A stretch of DNA of 60,760 nucleotides from Thermodesulfobacteriota bacterium (GTDB lineage Bacteria; Desulfobacterota; Desulfuromonadia; Desulfuromonadales; Geopsychrobacteraceae). The notes under the pieces were generated by a model that was not told the DNA's origin, did no database searches, and was given only the letters and a program-made list of their open reading frames with translations. The position numbers and the translations under genes are program-made. Positions 1 to 7,212 of the stretch are shown here, piece after piece. The first letter of the stretch is position 1. Each line of letters starts with the position of its first letter. The stretch spans positions 1 through 60,760 of the forward strand of contig JANQIN010000230.1 of assembly GCA_028282145.1 (NCBI GenBank), given 5' to 3'.

Positions 1-744
1 CCCCAAGCGACCCTGGTATTCCTCCACCCAGGTCTGAAGCATCATTTTCTGACTGAGTCGCAGCTCCCGGGCCATCACCTGACCGGCCATCAACCACTCG
101 TGGGCCATGGTGCCGATGGGAGTCAGGCCCAAAGTTTTCGCAAGGTGGACATTGCTGGTTCCCACCAGATGTGCCGGAACTTCGGATTGAAGGGTTGTCA
201 CCACTTCTTCCTGCCATGTTCGTGAAAACCGTCGCCGGGTACCAAAGTCACTGAACAGAAAGCGTCCGTTTTCCGGCTCCTGCCGGATCCATTGCACCTT
301 TTGGCGAAGCCGACGACGGCCTTCCTCGTAGTCCGGCGCAGGCGCCAACCGGCGGAAGTAGAGTTCGTTGACGATGGCCAGCAGCGGGACCTCAAACAGG
401 ATTGTTTCCACCCAGGGGCCGTCGATCAGGATCTCCAGCCGCCCGGTCTCGGTAGACACCTGAACCTGGCCCTCGTCCAGCCGGAAACCTTGAAGAGAGT
501 CAACAAAGTCGTCCGTGAGGTAATCAAGCTTTCGAAGATAGGCCAGTTCTTCCTCGGCGAGGGTCAGACGACAGAGTTCTCTGACCTCTTCTCGAACTTC
601 GTCGGCGACAGGACGCAGATCAACCTCCGAATTTCGACAGGCAAAAGCGTAGGTCGCCGGCAGGTCCGAAAAATGGTGCAATGCACCCTGCATCATCGAG
701 AACTTATATAGATCGGTATCCAGCAGGGAACGAATCATTCCCAT
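1..744 (-). CDS. pncB: Nicotinate phosphoribosyltransferase PncB, N-terminal 248 codons (3' end lies beyond window start)
   Basis: Absent from the ORF track because it is truncated at the window edge. Minus-strand translation from ATG 744..742 gives MGMIRSLLDTDLYKFSMMQGALHHF...DFGTRRRFS...VGTSN...GTMAHEW, collinear with E. coli PncB as I remember it. AGGAGG lies 5 nt upstream. The frame stays open to position 1. Confidence 0.9.
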   Translation of the reverse strand, partial: MGMIRSLLDTDLYKFSMMQGALHHFSDLPATYAFACRNSEVDLRPVADEVREEVRELCRLTLAEEELAYLRKLDYLTDDFVDSLQGFRLDEGQVQVSTETGRLEILIDGPWVETILFEVPLLAIVNELYFRRLAPAPDYEEGRRRLRQKVQWIRQEPENGRFLFSDFGTRRRFSRTWQEEVVTTLQSEVPAHLVGTSNVHLAKTLGLTPIGTMAHEWLMAGQVMARELRLSQKMMLQTWVEEYQGRLG

Positions 745-753
745 GTTAGCCTC

Positions 754-1398
754 CTAATTACTGATCTCGCTGGCTGATGCAACCAGCACGGCACCCGCCT
801 CTCGCATCTGATTCAATGCATCGGACACGGTCTCCTCGGCAATCCCGCGGCAGGCGCCAAGATTGACCACGACCTCAAAACCTGCATCACGAAGTTGCAA
901 CACCGTGGTCTTGACACAATAATCGGTCGCCAGACCACCCACGATCACGGTTTTAACGCCCTGGGACGTCAGATATTCTTTCACCCCGGTGCTCATGGTA
1001 TCGGCCAGATCCCGATACAGGGCACCATAGGGATGCATATCCGGTTCTACCCCTTTGTTCACCACAAAATCATAACCACTGTCGTCCGGTAGGCCGGCAA
1101 TAAATTCAAACCCGAGGGTTCCCGGCACGGCATGTAGCGGCCAGGCAATATCGACGTTCTCCCCTTCAACCGGATCAAAGGGGGCCAGATTATTCGTCCC
1201 TGCAACCCAGACAGCGTTGGGGTTATGAGCGTCCCGGGAAGCGACCCGGACCCGGGCCAGCTTTGCCTGGGCATTCAGCTCGGGGACAATAGCCGTACCC
1301 TCCGGAACCGGCAGTTCCTCCGGGCAGACAGGGGTAAAACAGTTCTGTGGATCGACATCAAAACTGGCGGTCGTTTCAAAATCAACCTGATATCCCAT
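754..1398 (-). CDS. pncA: Nicotinamidase/pyrazinamidase (isochorismatase fold)
   Basis: ORF track 754..1431. Motifs DVDPQNCF, SRDAH and GGLATDYCV are typical of PncA. I moved the start to ATG 1398 (MGYQV...) because GGAGG sits 6 nt upstream. It ends 9 nt before pncB. Confidence 0.85.
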   Translation of the reverse strand: MGYQVDFETTASFDVDPQNCFTPVCPEELPVPEGTAIVPELNAQAKLARVRVASRDAHNPNAVWVAGTNNLAPFDPVEGENVDIAWPLHAVPGTLGFEFIAGLPDDSGYDFVVNKGVEPDMHPYGALYRDLADTMSTGVKEYLTSQGVKTVIVGGLATDYCVKTTVLQLRDAGFEVVVNLGACRGIAEETVSDALNQMREAGAVLVASASEISN

Positions 1399-1430
1399 TG
1401 TCACCTCCCAGCTTATTGTCTCTGTGTACA

Positions 1431-1459
1431 TTTCAATTTATATACCCAGAGTCTATAAT
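1431..1459 (+). promoter_or_regulatory. Candidate sigma70 promoter for the NrtR-like gene (TTTCAA-N17-TATAAT)
   Basis: -35 TTTCAA at 1431-1436, a 17-nt spacer, and a perfect -10 TATAAT at 1454-1459, about 45 nt before ATG 1504. Manual pattern match only. Confidence 0.3.
1438..1458. promoter_or_regulatory. 21-bp imperfect palindrome TTATATAC-N5-GTCTATAA, candidate NrtR operator
   Basis: 7 of 8 arm positions are complementary. It lies in the 105-bp divergent pncA/nrtR intergenic region and overlaps the putative -10. NrtR operators are described as about 21-bp palindromes. I cannot confirm that this matches a published consensus. Confidence 0.35.
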
Positions 1460-1503
1460 AAGTCAACCCTTGGAGAGGGATTCTGCGGAAGGACAGAGAT
1501 GCA

Positions 1504-2223
1504 ATGACCGATACAACCGAACAGGGCTACCTCGATCAGTACGACCCAGCCACCTACCCGATTCCTCTGTTGACGGTGGATATTGCGGTTTTCACCCTCC
1601 TGAACGATCGAATGCAGGTTCTGCTGACTCAAAGAGAGGCCTTCCCCTGCCGTCAGCAGTGGGCCCTCCCGGGTGGGTTTGTCGACCTGGAGAAAGACAA
1701 AGACCTGATGGCAACAGCTCGACGCAAGCTTCAGGAAAAGACGGGACTTCAGGGGGTCTATCTGGAGCAGGTCGCCTCAATGGGCAATGCGAATCGGGAC
1801 CCTCGCGGCTGGTCGACCACCGTGGTCCACCTTGCTCTGGTTCCGCCGGAAGCCCCGGCTTCGACAATTAATCCAGACCGTCTGACTTGGGCACCGATCG
1901 AGGACCTGCCGCCTTTGGCCTTCGACCACCGTCACCTGATCGAACTGGCCTTTGAGCGACTGCGGAGTCGTACGCTCTATACCAGTCTGCCGGCTTTTCT
2001 GTTGCCCAACCCCTTCACTCTGAGCCAGTTGCAACGGGCCTACGAAGCCGTTCTGGGGCAACCGCTCACAACCAAAGCGTTTCGCACCCGAATGCAGGCC
2101 TCCGAAGCCATCGAAGCAACCGAGAAATATCAGACCGGGGCAGGTCGTCCGGCCCGCCTTTTCCGGCATACGAAAGAACCGTTCATCTTCAAACGTTCAC
2201 TCGAGAACGCCCTCCCGGGATAA
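1504..2223 (+). CDS. nrtR: Nudix-related transcriptional regulator (NrtR family)
   Basis: Degenerate Nudix box (GGFVDLEKDKDLMATARRKLQEKTGL) followed by a C-terminal winged-helix-like region. Divergent from pncA-pncB, the classical NrtR context. Confidence 0.75.
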   Translation: MTDTTEQGYLDQYDPATYPIPLLTVDIAVFTLLNDRMQVLLTQREAFPCRQQWALPGGFVDLEKDKDLMATARRKLQEKTGLQGVYLEQVASMGNANRDPRGWSTTVVHLALVPPEAPASTINPDRLTWAPIEDLPPLAFDHRHLIELAFERLRSRTLYTSLPAFLLPNPFTLSQLQRAYEAVLGQPLTTKAFRTRMQASEAIEATEKYQTGAGRPARLFRHTKEPFIFKRSLENALPG

Positions 2224-2311
2224 CTCCGCTTCCCGTTCAAAGTCTGGGTTTCACAGCCGAAAAAAGGAGAACAACTGGACTTAACTCCCCGATACCATTA
2301 GACTCGAGACC

Positions 2312-3010
2312 ATGACCGACACCTCTGAAATACCGCCTCGGTGCCCTGTTGGGGAAGACCAGTGCGAAGCTCTTGATCGTGTTGAACAGCTTGAGCGCAA
2401 GGTTGGAGAACTGACGGACCTGGTTCGGACCGATCCGTTGACGGGCATCCCCAACTTACGGCATTTTACCCAGGCGCTGGAACAGGAGATGGAGCGTACC
2501 CGGCGGTCGGAAAAACCGACGAGCCTGATCATGCTCGACCTGGATTATTTCAAGAAGGTCAACGATACTTACGGCCACGAAGTCGGGAACCAGGCTTTGA
2601 AACATGTGGCCGGCATCATGGTCAAGACTCTGCGGCGAATCGACATCCCCTGCCGTTACGGCGGAGAAGAGTTCGCCATTATTCTGGCCCATACCGACCT
2701 GAGTACGGCGGTCCGTGTGGCCGAGAGACTACGTCTGGCCATCGAACACGCCCCCCTTCCTCTTGAAGACGAACGAACTCTCTACCTGACCGCCAGCCTG
2801 GGGGTGGATGTCTTTACCTACCGTGTGGAACGGACCGTGGAACAATTGATCGAGTCGACCGACCAATGCCTGTATCAGGCCAAGCAGGCAGGCCGGAACT
2901 GTGTCCGCCATGCTCCGGAACCGGAGCTCGACACAAAGGCCTCTGTGTCGGCAGACGAGAAGGCCGGCCTTATGGGGCTCTTTGGGAAAAACGATTCTAA
3001 AGAAGACTGA
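2312..3010 (+). CDS. Diguanylate cyclase (coiled-coil + GGDEF domain)
   Basis: Motifs DPLTGIPNLRHF and RYGGEEF. An RxxD I-site (RRID) lies 5 residues before GGEEF. Confidence 0.9.
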   Translation: MTDTSEIPPRCPVGEDQCEALDRVEQLERKVGELTDLVRTDPLTGIPNLRHFTQALEQEMERTRRSEKPTSLIMLDLDYFKKVNDTYGHEVGNQALKHVAGIMVKTLRRIDIPCRYGGEEFAIILAHTDLSTAVRVAERLRLAIEHAPLPLEDERTLYLTASLGVDVFTYRVERTVEQLIESTDQCLYQAKQAGRNCVRHAPEPELDTKASVSADEKAGLMGLFGKNDSKED

Positions 3011-3031
3011 CACCGATCACGAGGTTTCCCA

Positions 3032-3460
3032 GTGAGTGTTCTCGATCGGATACGCCAACATTTCTGGCAGATCCCGCGTCCGGATCGCCTCATCAACGGC
3101 GATCATTGTTGTGAGTGTGCAGAACACGAGAACGACCTGGCCCCCTTCGACAACACCGACCTTCCCTACTCCGTCATTTCTTCACCGGCTTGGGACCCCA
3201 TCTGTTTCTGCACCCCCGAGGCCTTTCGGTATCTGTTCCCCCGTCTTTGTGAGCTTGCTTCCGTCAAAGGAGACGACTGCTATCTGGATCAATTTCTTGT
3301 CCATCTGGAAAACCGCCATCAGCTTTTTTCATCGGATGAAAAAAGACTGATTCAGGAGCTGTTTCTCGAATGGACCGAGACCCTGAAGACAGAGATAGAA
3401 CGATTTGACCTGGAGCCGGACCTTGATCGCATTTTTGAAGTTCTGGGGGAAGATCTATGA
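3032..3460 (+). CDS. Hypothetical Cys-rich cytoplasmic protein
   Basis: 142-aa ORF with a GTG start and GAGG 8 nt upstream. Contains DHCCECAEHE and several further Cys. I recognise no family. It uses TCA/CTA codons that the neighbouring genes avoid. Confidence 0.55.
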   Translation: MSVLDRIRQHFWQIPRPDRLINGDHCCECAEHENDLAPFDNTDLPYSVISSPAWDPICFCTPEAFRYLFPRLCELASVKGDDCYLDQFLVHLENRHQLFSSDEKRLIQELFLEWTETLKTEIERFDLEPDLDRIFEVLGEDL

Positions 3461-3582
3461 TGTCGGAATGGGAGCAAGCGGTCCGCCAGGACGGGGACGA
3501 AGGTGGATTTTATGGCAAAACCGCCGCCGATTTTGTCGAGGGACCATGGTTTAGGGGGCTGGCAGCTCTTTTGCGGTCCTGA
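3457..3582 (+). CDS. Possible 41-aa ORF translationally coupled (ATGA) to the preceding gene
   Basis: ATG 3457 overlaps stop TGA 3458-3460. Sequence MMSEWEQAVRQDGDEGGFYGKTAADFVEGPWFRGLAALLRS. Below the ORF-track size cut-off, with no homology evidence. Confidence 0.2.
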   Translation: MMSEWEQAVRQDGDEGGFYGKTAADFVEGPWFRGLAALLRS

Positions 3583-3665
3583 CGTGCTGTGATTCGCCCG
3601 GTATCGACCTTAGCGGCCGGTTATGGTAAAACCATCCGACGTCAAATCAGGAAGGCAATCTCTCT

Positions 3666-4064
3666 ATGAACTTTAAGGCACCCGAATGGAAAACCCTAGA
3701 CGATCTGCTGTTGGAAATGGCAGAGATTCTTGTTCGTGAACGCCGCCCGATCACCGTCGACACCCGAGGATGGGATGGAGGAACGGCTCTTCATGTCGCA
3801 GCGGTCTGGAACGATGTCAAGGCCATTGAAACTCTGCTCAATGCCGGTGCCGATATCGATGCGGGTGGCGACAAAGGATGCACCCCCCTCCATGACGCAG
3901 TGATTCAGGGGAATTACGAAGCCGCCGCGGCTCTGGTCAGCCGCGGCGCTTCATTGACCATTCTGGACGAGTTCTGCCAAACGCCGCTCGATCACGCCGA
4001 GATGCGCAACGACCAGCGCTTTATCGTGCTGCTGAAAAGCGGGTCCAGCAGTTCGCTCCAGTAA
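3666..4064 (+). CDS. Ankyrin-repeat protein
   Basis: Repeats GGTALHVAAVWNDVKAIETLLNAGADID / GCTPLHDAVIQGNYEAAAALVSRGASL / QTPLDHA. No signal peptide. Confidence 0.85.
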   Translation: MNFKAPEWKTLDDLLLEMAEILVRERRPITVDTRGWDGGTALHVAAVWNDVKAIETLLNAGADIDAGGDKGCTPLHDAVIQGNYEAAAALVSRGASLTILDEFCQTPLDHAEMRNDQRFIVLLKSGSSSSLQ

Positions 4065-4068
4065 GGCA

Positions 4069-4848
4069 TTACGGCGAAACAGGATCGAGATAGATCCAGA
4101 GAACCGCCCCCAGTTCCACACCCTTGTCCTTTCCGGAAGGGTCCTTCAGGGTGTAATCCGCTTCATTGAGTGCCGCAAAACCCCACCACCCTTCCTTGGG
4201 GCAGGTAAAGGTAAAGACTCCGTTGGCATCGGCCTTGATGACCTGAGTGATATGGAGGTCGCTTGCGGGTTTCATCTTCCCATCCTGGTTATACCGTTCG
4301 ACTTCGACTTCGGCCCCAGGAACGGGCTTGCCGTTCATAAGAACCTGCCCGACAAAAGCATTCCCGGCATAGTTGCCGAAAGGTCGCAGCAGGGGAACGA
4401 TTTCCGTGTCCAGCCCCAGAGGTTCATCCCAGCCGACATCAGCCCCAAAAGCGCTGACGATCGTTTTGGTGATATGGATAATGTGGACATCTTCCGCCGG
4501 TTCCCAATAGGGGGTCGGTTCCATCACATAGCTGATCACACCGGGGCGCTTGACCGCGATATCGGCCTGCCACCCCTGATGCCCCATCACTTGAACCGAG
4601 GAAAGGGTGGAGAGAAGATCGGTCTTCTTCCCCTCTGTCACCGAAAAAAACGCTTTCGGCTTCTTGAGGGTCATGCCGGTCACCTCTGCCGGATGAGAAA
4701 AAGACAGAGTCAGTTGAACTTGGCGGCCGTCAGCGGTCACCTGGTTGGTCGACGGGATCAGCATCCCGAAATGGGCCCAGACCACCGTTGGAAGAGACAT
4801 GAGAATCAGAACCAGAACTGTGCGTACCATTTTTTTCTCCTTGTGCAT
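4069..4848 (-). CDS. nikK: Periplasmic DUF4198/NikK(CbiK)-like metal-uptake component
   Basis: Signal peptide ending VVWA|HFGML. Beta-rich mature protein typical of COG5266/DUF4198. Last gene of the nikM-L-K operon. Confidence 0.7.
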   Translation of the reverse strand: MHKEKKMVRTVLVLILMSLPTVVWAHFGMLIPSTNQVTADGRQVQLTLSFSHPAEVTGMTLKKPKAFFSVTEGKKTDLLSTLSSVQVMGHQGWQADIAVKRPGVISYVMEPTPYWEPAEDVHIIHITKTIVSAFGADVGWDEPLGLDTEIVPLLRPFGNYAGNAFVGQVLMNGKPVPGAEVEVERYNQDGKMKPASDLHITQVIKADANGVFTFTCPKEGWWGFAALNEADYTLKDPSGKDKGVELGAVLWIYLDPVSP

Positions 4849-4886
4849 CAGAAATTTAAAAACGTGTCACTGGCGACAAAAAAAAC

Positions 4887-5345
4887 TTATTTGTTTCGGC
4901 GAACCCGCTGAATTCCGAGACCCAGCCCCAGCAGAATCGCAACGCCCGCTAGGATACGGCCCATTCCCGGCCCTTGCCGCTCATCAATCAGCGCAGCCCC
5001 GTCTTCCTCCTCTGCAAAATCAGCCGCCTTGAGCACCCATTCGCCTCGGTGACCTTCACCGGCATTGATCACTAACTGAATATCCACAGGGTTTTTCCGA
5101 ATCTCAGGGGGAAGGGGGAAGGCCCAGTTCCCCTGAGCATCTGTCTGACCAGTCGCCAGCAAACTGCTATCCGAAAGCAGACGTACCTCAATTTGAGCCC
5201 CTTTGGCCGGTCGTCCCCCGGAAAAAACGCTTTCGACGCGAACTTCGTTTTCCTCGACCCAGGCAAAAAGGTAAAGCCGATGGGCCCAGGCCGCATCGGA
5301 GACAAACAGGACGAACAGGAAACAACACATTAGCGCCCGGGGCAT
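4887..5345 (-). CDS. nikL: NikL-like accessory protein (signal peptide, transthyretin/CarboxypepD_reg-like domain, C-terminal TM anchor)
   Basis: Signal peptide ending AAWA|HRLYLF, a QTDAQGNW motif, and a C-terminal hydrophobic helix followed by RVRRNK. Overlaps nikM by 16 nt. Confidence 0.5.
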   Translation of the reverse strand: MPRALMCCFLFVLFVSDAAWAHRLYLFAWVEENEVRVESVFSGGRPAKGAQIEVRLLSDSSLLATGQTDAQGNWAFPLPPEIRKNPVDIQLVINAGEGHRGEWVLKAADFAEEEDGAALIDERQGPGMGRILAGVAILLGLGLGIQRVRRNK

Positions 5346-5956
5346 CTGCTCCTCCCTACCTGAAGCTGCAAAATTTCAGGTTGAACCTTCAAGAGGAATC
5401 TTACCACATAAAGGGTCACGGCGCCCTCGACCAGAGCAATGGGAAGATGGGCCACCAGGACCAGCTGAGCCGTCCTCCAGAAGGCCTCTCCTGCCAGCGC
5501 CAGAACCCCGCTGGTCAGAACCCCGGACAGGAGCACCGCACCACCGCCACCGAGGAAAGCTGCCATGCTGGCGCTTTTACCACCTTTCTGGAGAAAGCTT
5601 CGACACAGGCAGCCGCAAATAACGGCGGGAAGAGCTAAATTGACGGTAGTCACGCCCAGGACGGTAATACCGCCAAACTGAAACAGCAGTGCTTGAAGAA
5701 GCAGCCCTACCAGAATGGCGGGAAAGGCCGCCCAACCCAGGAGGACCCCCATCAAGCCGTTCAATACCAGATGTCCACTGGCAGGGCCGATAGGGACATG
5801 AACCAAGGTCGCGACGAAGAATGCCGCGGCGAGTATCGCCACGGTCATGATCCGGTCATAATCGATTTTTTGAAGTCCGACAGCAGTACCTGCAGCGGCA
5901 ATGGCTGCACCGGATAATAACACCGGTGCTGTCAGGACCCCTTCTGCAATATGCAT
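5330..5956 (-). CDS. nikM: CbiM/NikM substrate-capture (S) component of an ECF-type Ni/Co transporter
   Basis: The N-terminus MHIAEGVL is the hallmark metal-binding N-terminus of CbiM/NikM. Polytopic membrane protein. AAGAGG RBS. Confidence 0.85.
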   Translation of the reverse strand: MHIAEGVLTAPVLLSGAAIAAAGTAVGLQKIDYDRIMTVAILAAAFFVATLVHVPIGPASGHLVLNGLMGVLLGWAAFPAILVGLLLQALLFQFGGITVLGVTTVNLALPAVICGCLCRSFLQKGGKSASMAAFLGGGGAVLLSGVLTSGVLALAGEAFWRTAQLVLVAHLPIALVEGAVTLYVVRFLLKVQPEILQLQVGRSRCPGR

Positions 5957-5987
5957 AAAGTAGCCTCTTACCCGTTAAATCCAGCCA

Positions 5988-6016
5988 ACCATAACCCCGA
6001 GTAACACGTTTGTCAA
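5988..6016 (-). promoter_or_regulatory. Candidate sigma70 promoter of nikMLK (TTGACA-N17-TATGGT)
   Basis: The minus strand reads TTGACA (6016..6011), a 17-nt spacer, then TATGGT (5993..5988). That leaves a 5' UTR of only about 25 nt, so there is no room for a riboswitch. Confidence 0.4.
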
Positions 6017-6055
6017 TATCGTATGCATCGACTGGCATCAAACCTTTTCTCTAGA

Positions 6056-6078
6056 TTTGTTCATTTTTTTTGAACAAA
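6056..6078. promoter_or_regulatory. Perfect inverted repeat TTTGTTCA-T7-TGAACAAA in the AT-rich nikM/lysE divergent region
   Basis: The 8-bp arms are perfectly complementary. It lies about 40 bp upstream of the nikM -35 and about 30 bp upstream of a possible lysE -35 (TTGCTT 6110). Regulator unknown. Confidence 0.35.
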
Positions 6079-6191
6079 AATTAAAAACTATCATTAATTG
6101 TGTAATAAATTGCTTTTAATACTTTTTTTAAATATAGAAATGTTTCGGATCGCGGTCATGTTAGGATATTCGAGATTGAGGAGGTTCGCAG

Positions 6192-6797
6192 ATGTCATTG
6201 ATTCCATTTGTCGGCGCCATGCTGATTCTTGCTGCCACTCCGGGTCCCGGGGTCTTTGCTGTGCTTGGGAAAGCTCTTTCAGGGGGTGTCAGGCCGGCAC
6301 TTTGGACCATTGCAGGAATTATCCTGGGCGACTTGATCTTTCTTGCCCTGGCTGCAGGAGGCCTGTCGGTTCTCGCTCATACCCTCGGAGACCTGTTTCT
6401 TTTCGTCCGCATTGCCGGAGCGCTCTATCTCATCTGGCTGGGTTTGAAAGCTTGGCGTTATCAGCCCCATCCTCGGGGAATTGTCGGTCAGGGGTCCCAT
6501 TCCCGGTCAAAAGATTTCCTGACCGGGCTGCTGATCACTCTGGGGAATCCCAAGGTGATCCTGTTCTATGCAGGCTTTCTCCCGACCTTTCTTCCGATTG
6601 AACAGCTTACAGTCGGCCAATGGGGGCAGGTTGGCGGCGTCGTGGCCCTGACTCTCTGGTTGGTTCTCGGCGGCTACGCCCTCCTGGCCGATCGGGTTCG
6701 TCACTGGTTCTCCAACCCTTCAACATACAGGTACCTCCATCGAACTGCCGGGACCCTGATGGTCGGCACAGGAGCGGTCCTGTTGATCAAACGGTAA
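6192..6797 (+). CDS. LysE/RhtB-family amino-acid exporter
   Basis: MSLIPFVGAMLILAATPGPGVF... with six hydrophobic segments, typical of LysE/RhtB. GAGGAGG RBS. Confidence 0.85.
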   Translation: MSLIPFVGAMLILAATPGPGVFAVLGKALSGGVRPALWTIAGIILGDLIFLALAAGGLSVLAHTLGDLFLFVRIAGALYLIWLGLKAWRYQPHPRGIVGQGSHSRSKDFLTGLLITLGNPKVILFYAGFLPTFLPIEQLTVGQWGQVGGVVALTLWLVLGGYALLADRVRHWFSNPSTYRYLHRTAGTLMVGTGAVLLIKR

Positions 6798-7156
6798 TGA
6801 GGCTATCTATGCAGGAATTGATCGAGGATATCCGGGATTTTGTGACTGAGCGGGATTGGGAACAGTTCCACACACCAAAAAACCTTGCAGCCGGATTAAC
6901 AGTTGAAAGCTCGGAATTGCTGGAGATTTTTCTCTGGATGACTCCGGAGGAAAGCCGAAATCTGCCGATGGAGACCTTGGCCAAGGTCCGGGAGGAGATC
7001 GGTGATGTCATGATCTTTCTGCTGAATCTGGCCAGCAAATTTGAGCTGGACCCGGTGGAATGCGCCAAAGCCAAGATGGTTCAGAACCGGCAAAAATACC
7101 CGGCTGAGCTGGTCCGCGGGAGCGCAAAAAAGTACGACGAGTACCTCAAAGAATAG
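6797..7156 (+). CDS. MazG-like nucleotide pyrophosphohydrolase (small, all-alpha)
   Basis: RDWEQFHTPKNLAAGLTVESSELLEIF...EEIGDVMIFLLNLA matches the MazG/dCTPase-like EExxE/ExxD pattern. The ORF-track start at 6620 lies inside lysE. ATG 6797 overlaps the lysE stop by 1 nt (TAATG). Confidence 0.75.
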   Translation: MRLSMQELIEDIRDFVTERDWEQFHTPKNLAAGLTVESSELLEIFLWMTPEESRNLPMETLAKVREEIGDVMIFLLNLASKFELDPVECAKAKMVQNRQKYPAELVRGSAKKYDEYLKE

Positions 7157-7212
7157 CTCATTTCAGCGTCTTACCTCCCCGTTGGTTGTGATTCCCGTAA
7201 AGGCATCTAGAC

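Noticed and set aside
6001-6007. GTAACAC half-site reminiscent of the GTGTTAC-N13/14-GTAACAC NikR box reported for some delta-proteobacteria and archaea. It lies inside the nikM promoter spacer.
   Set aside because: Only one half-site is present. No matching partner occurs at 13-14 nt on either side. My recollection of the consensus is also not verified.
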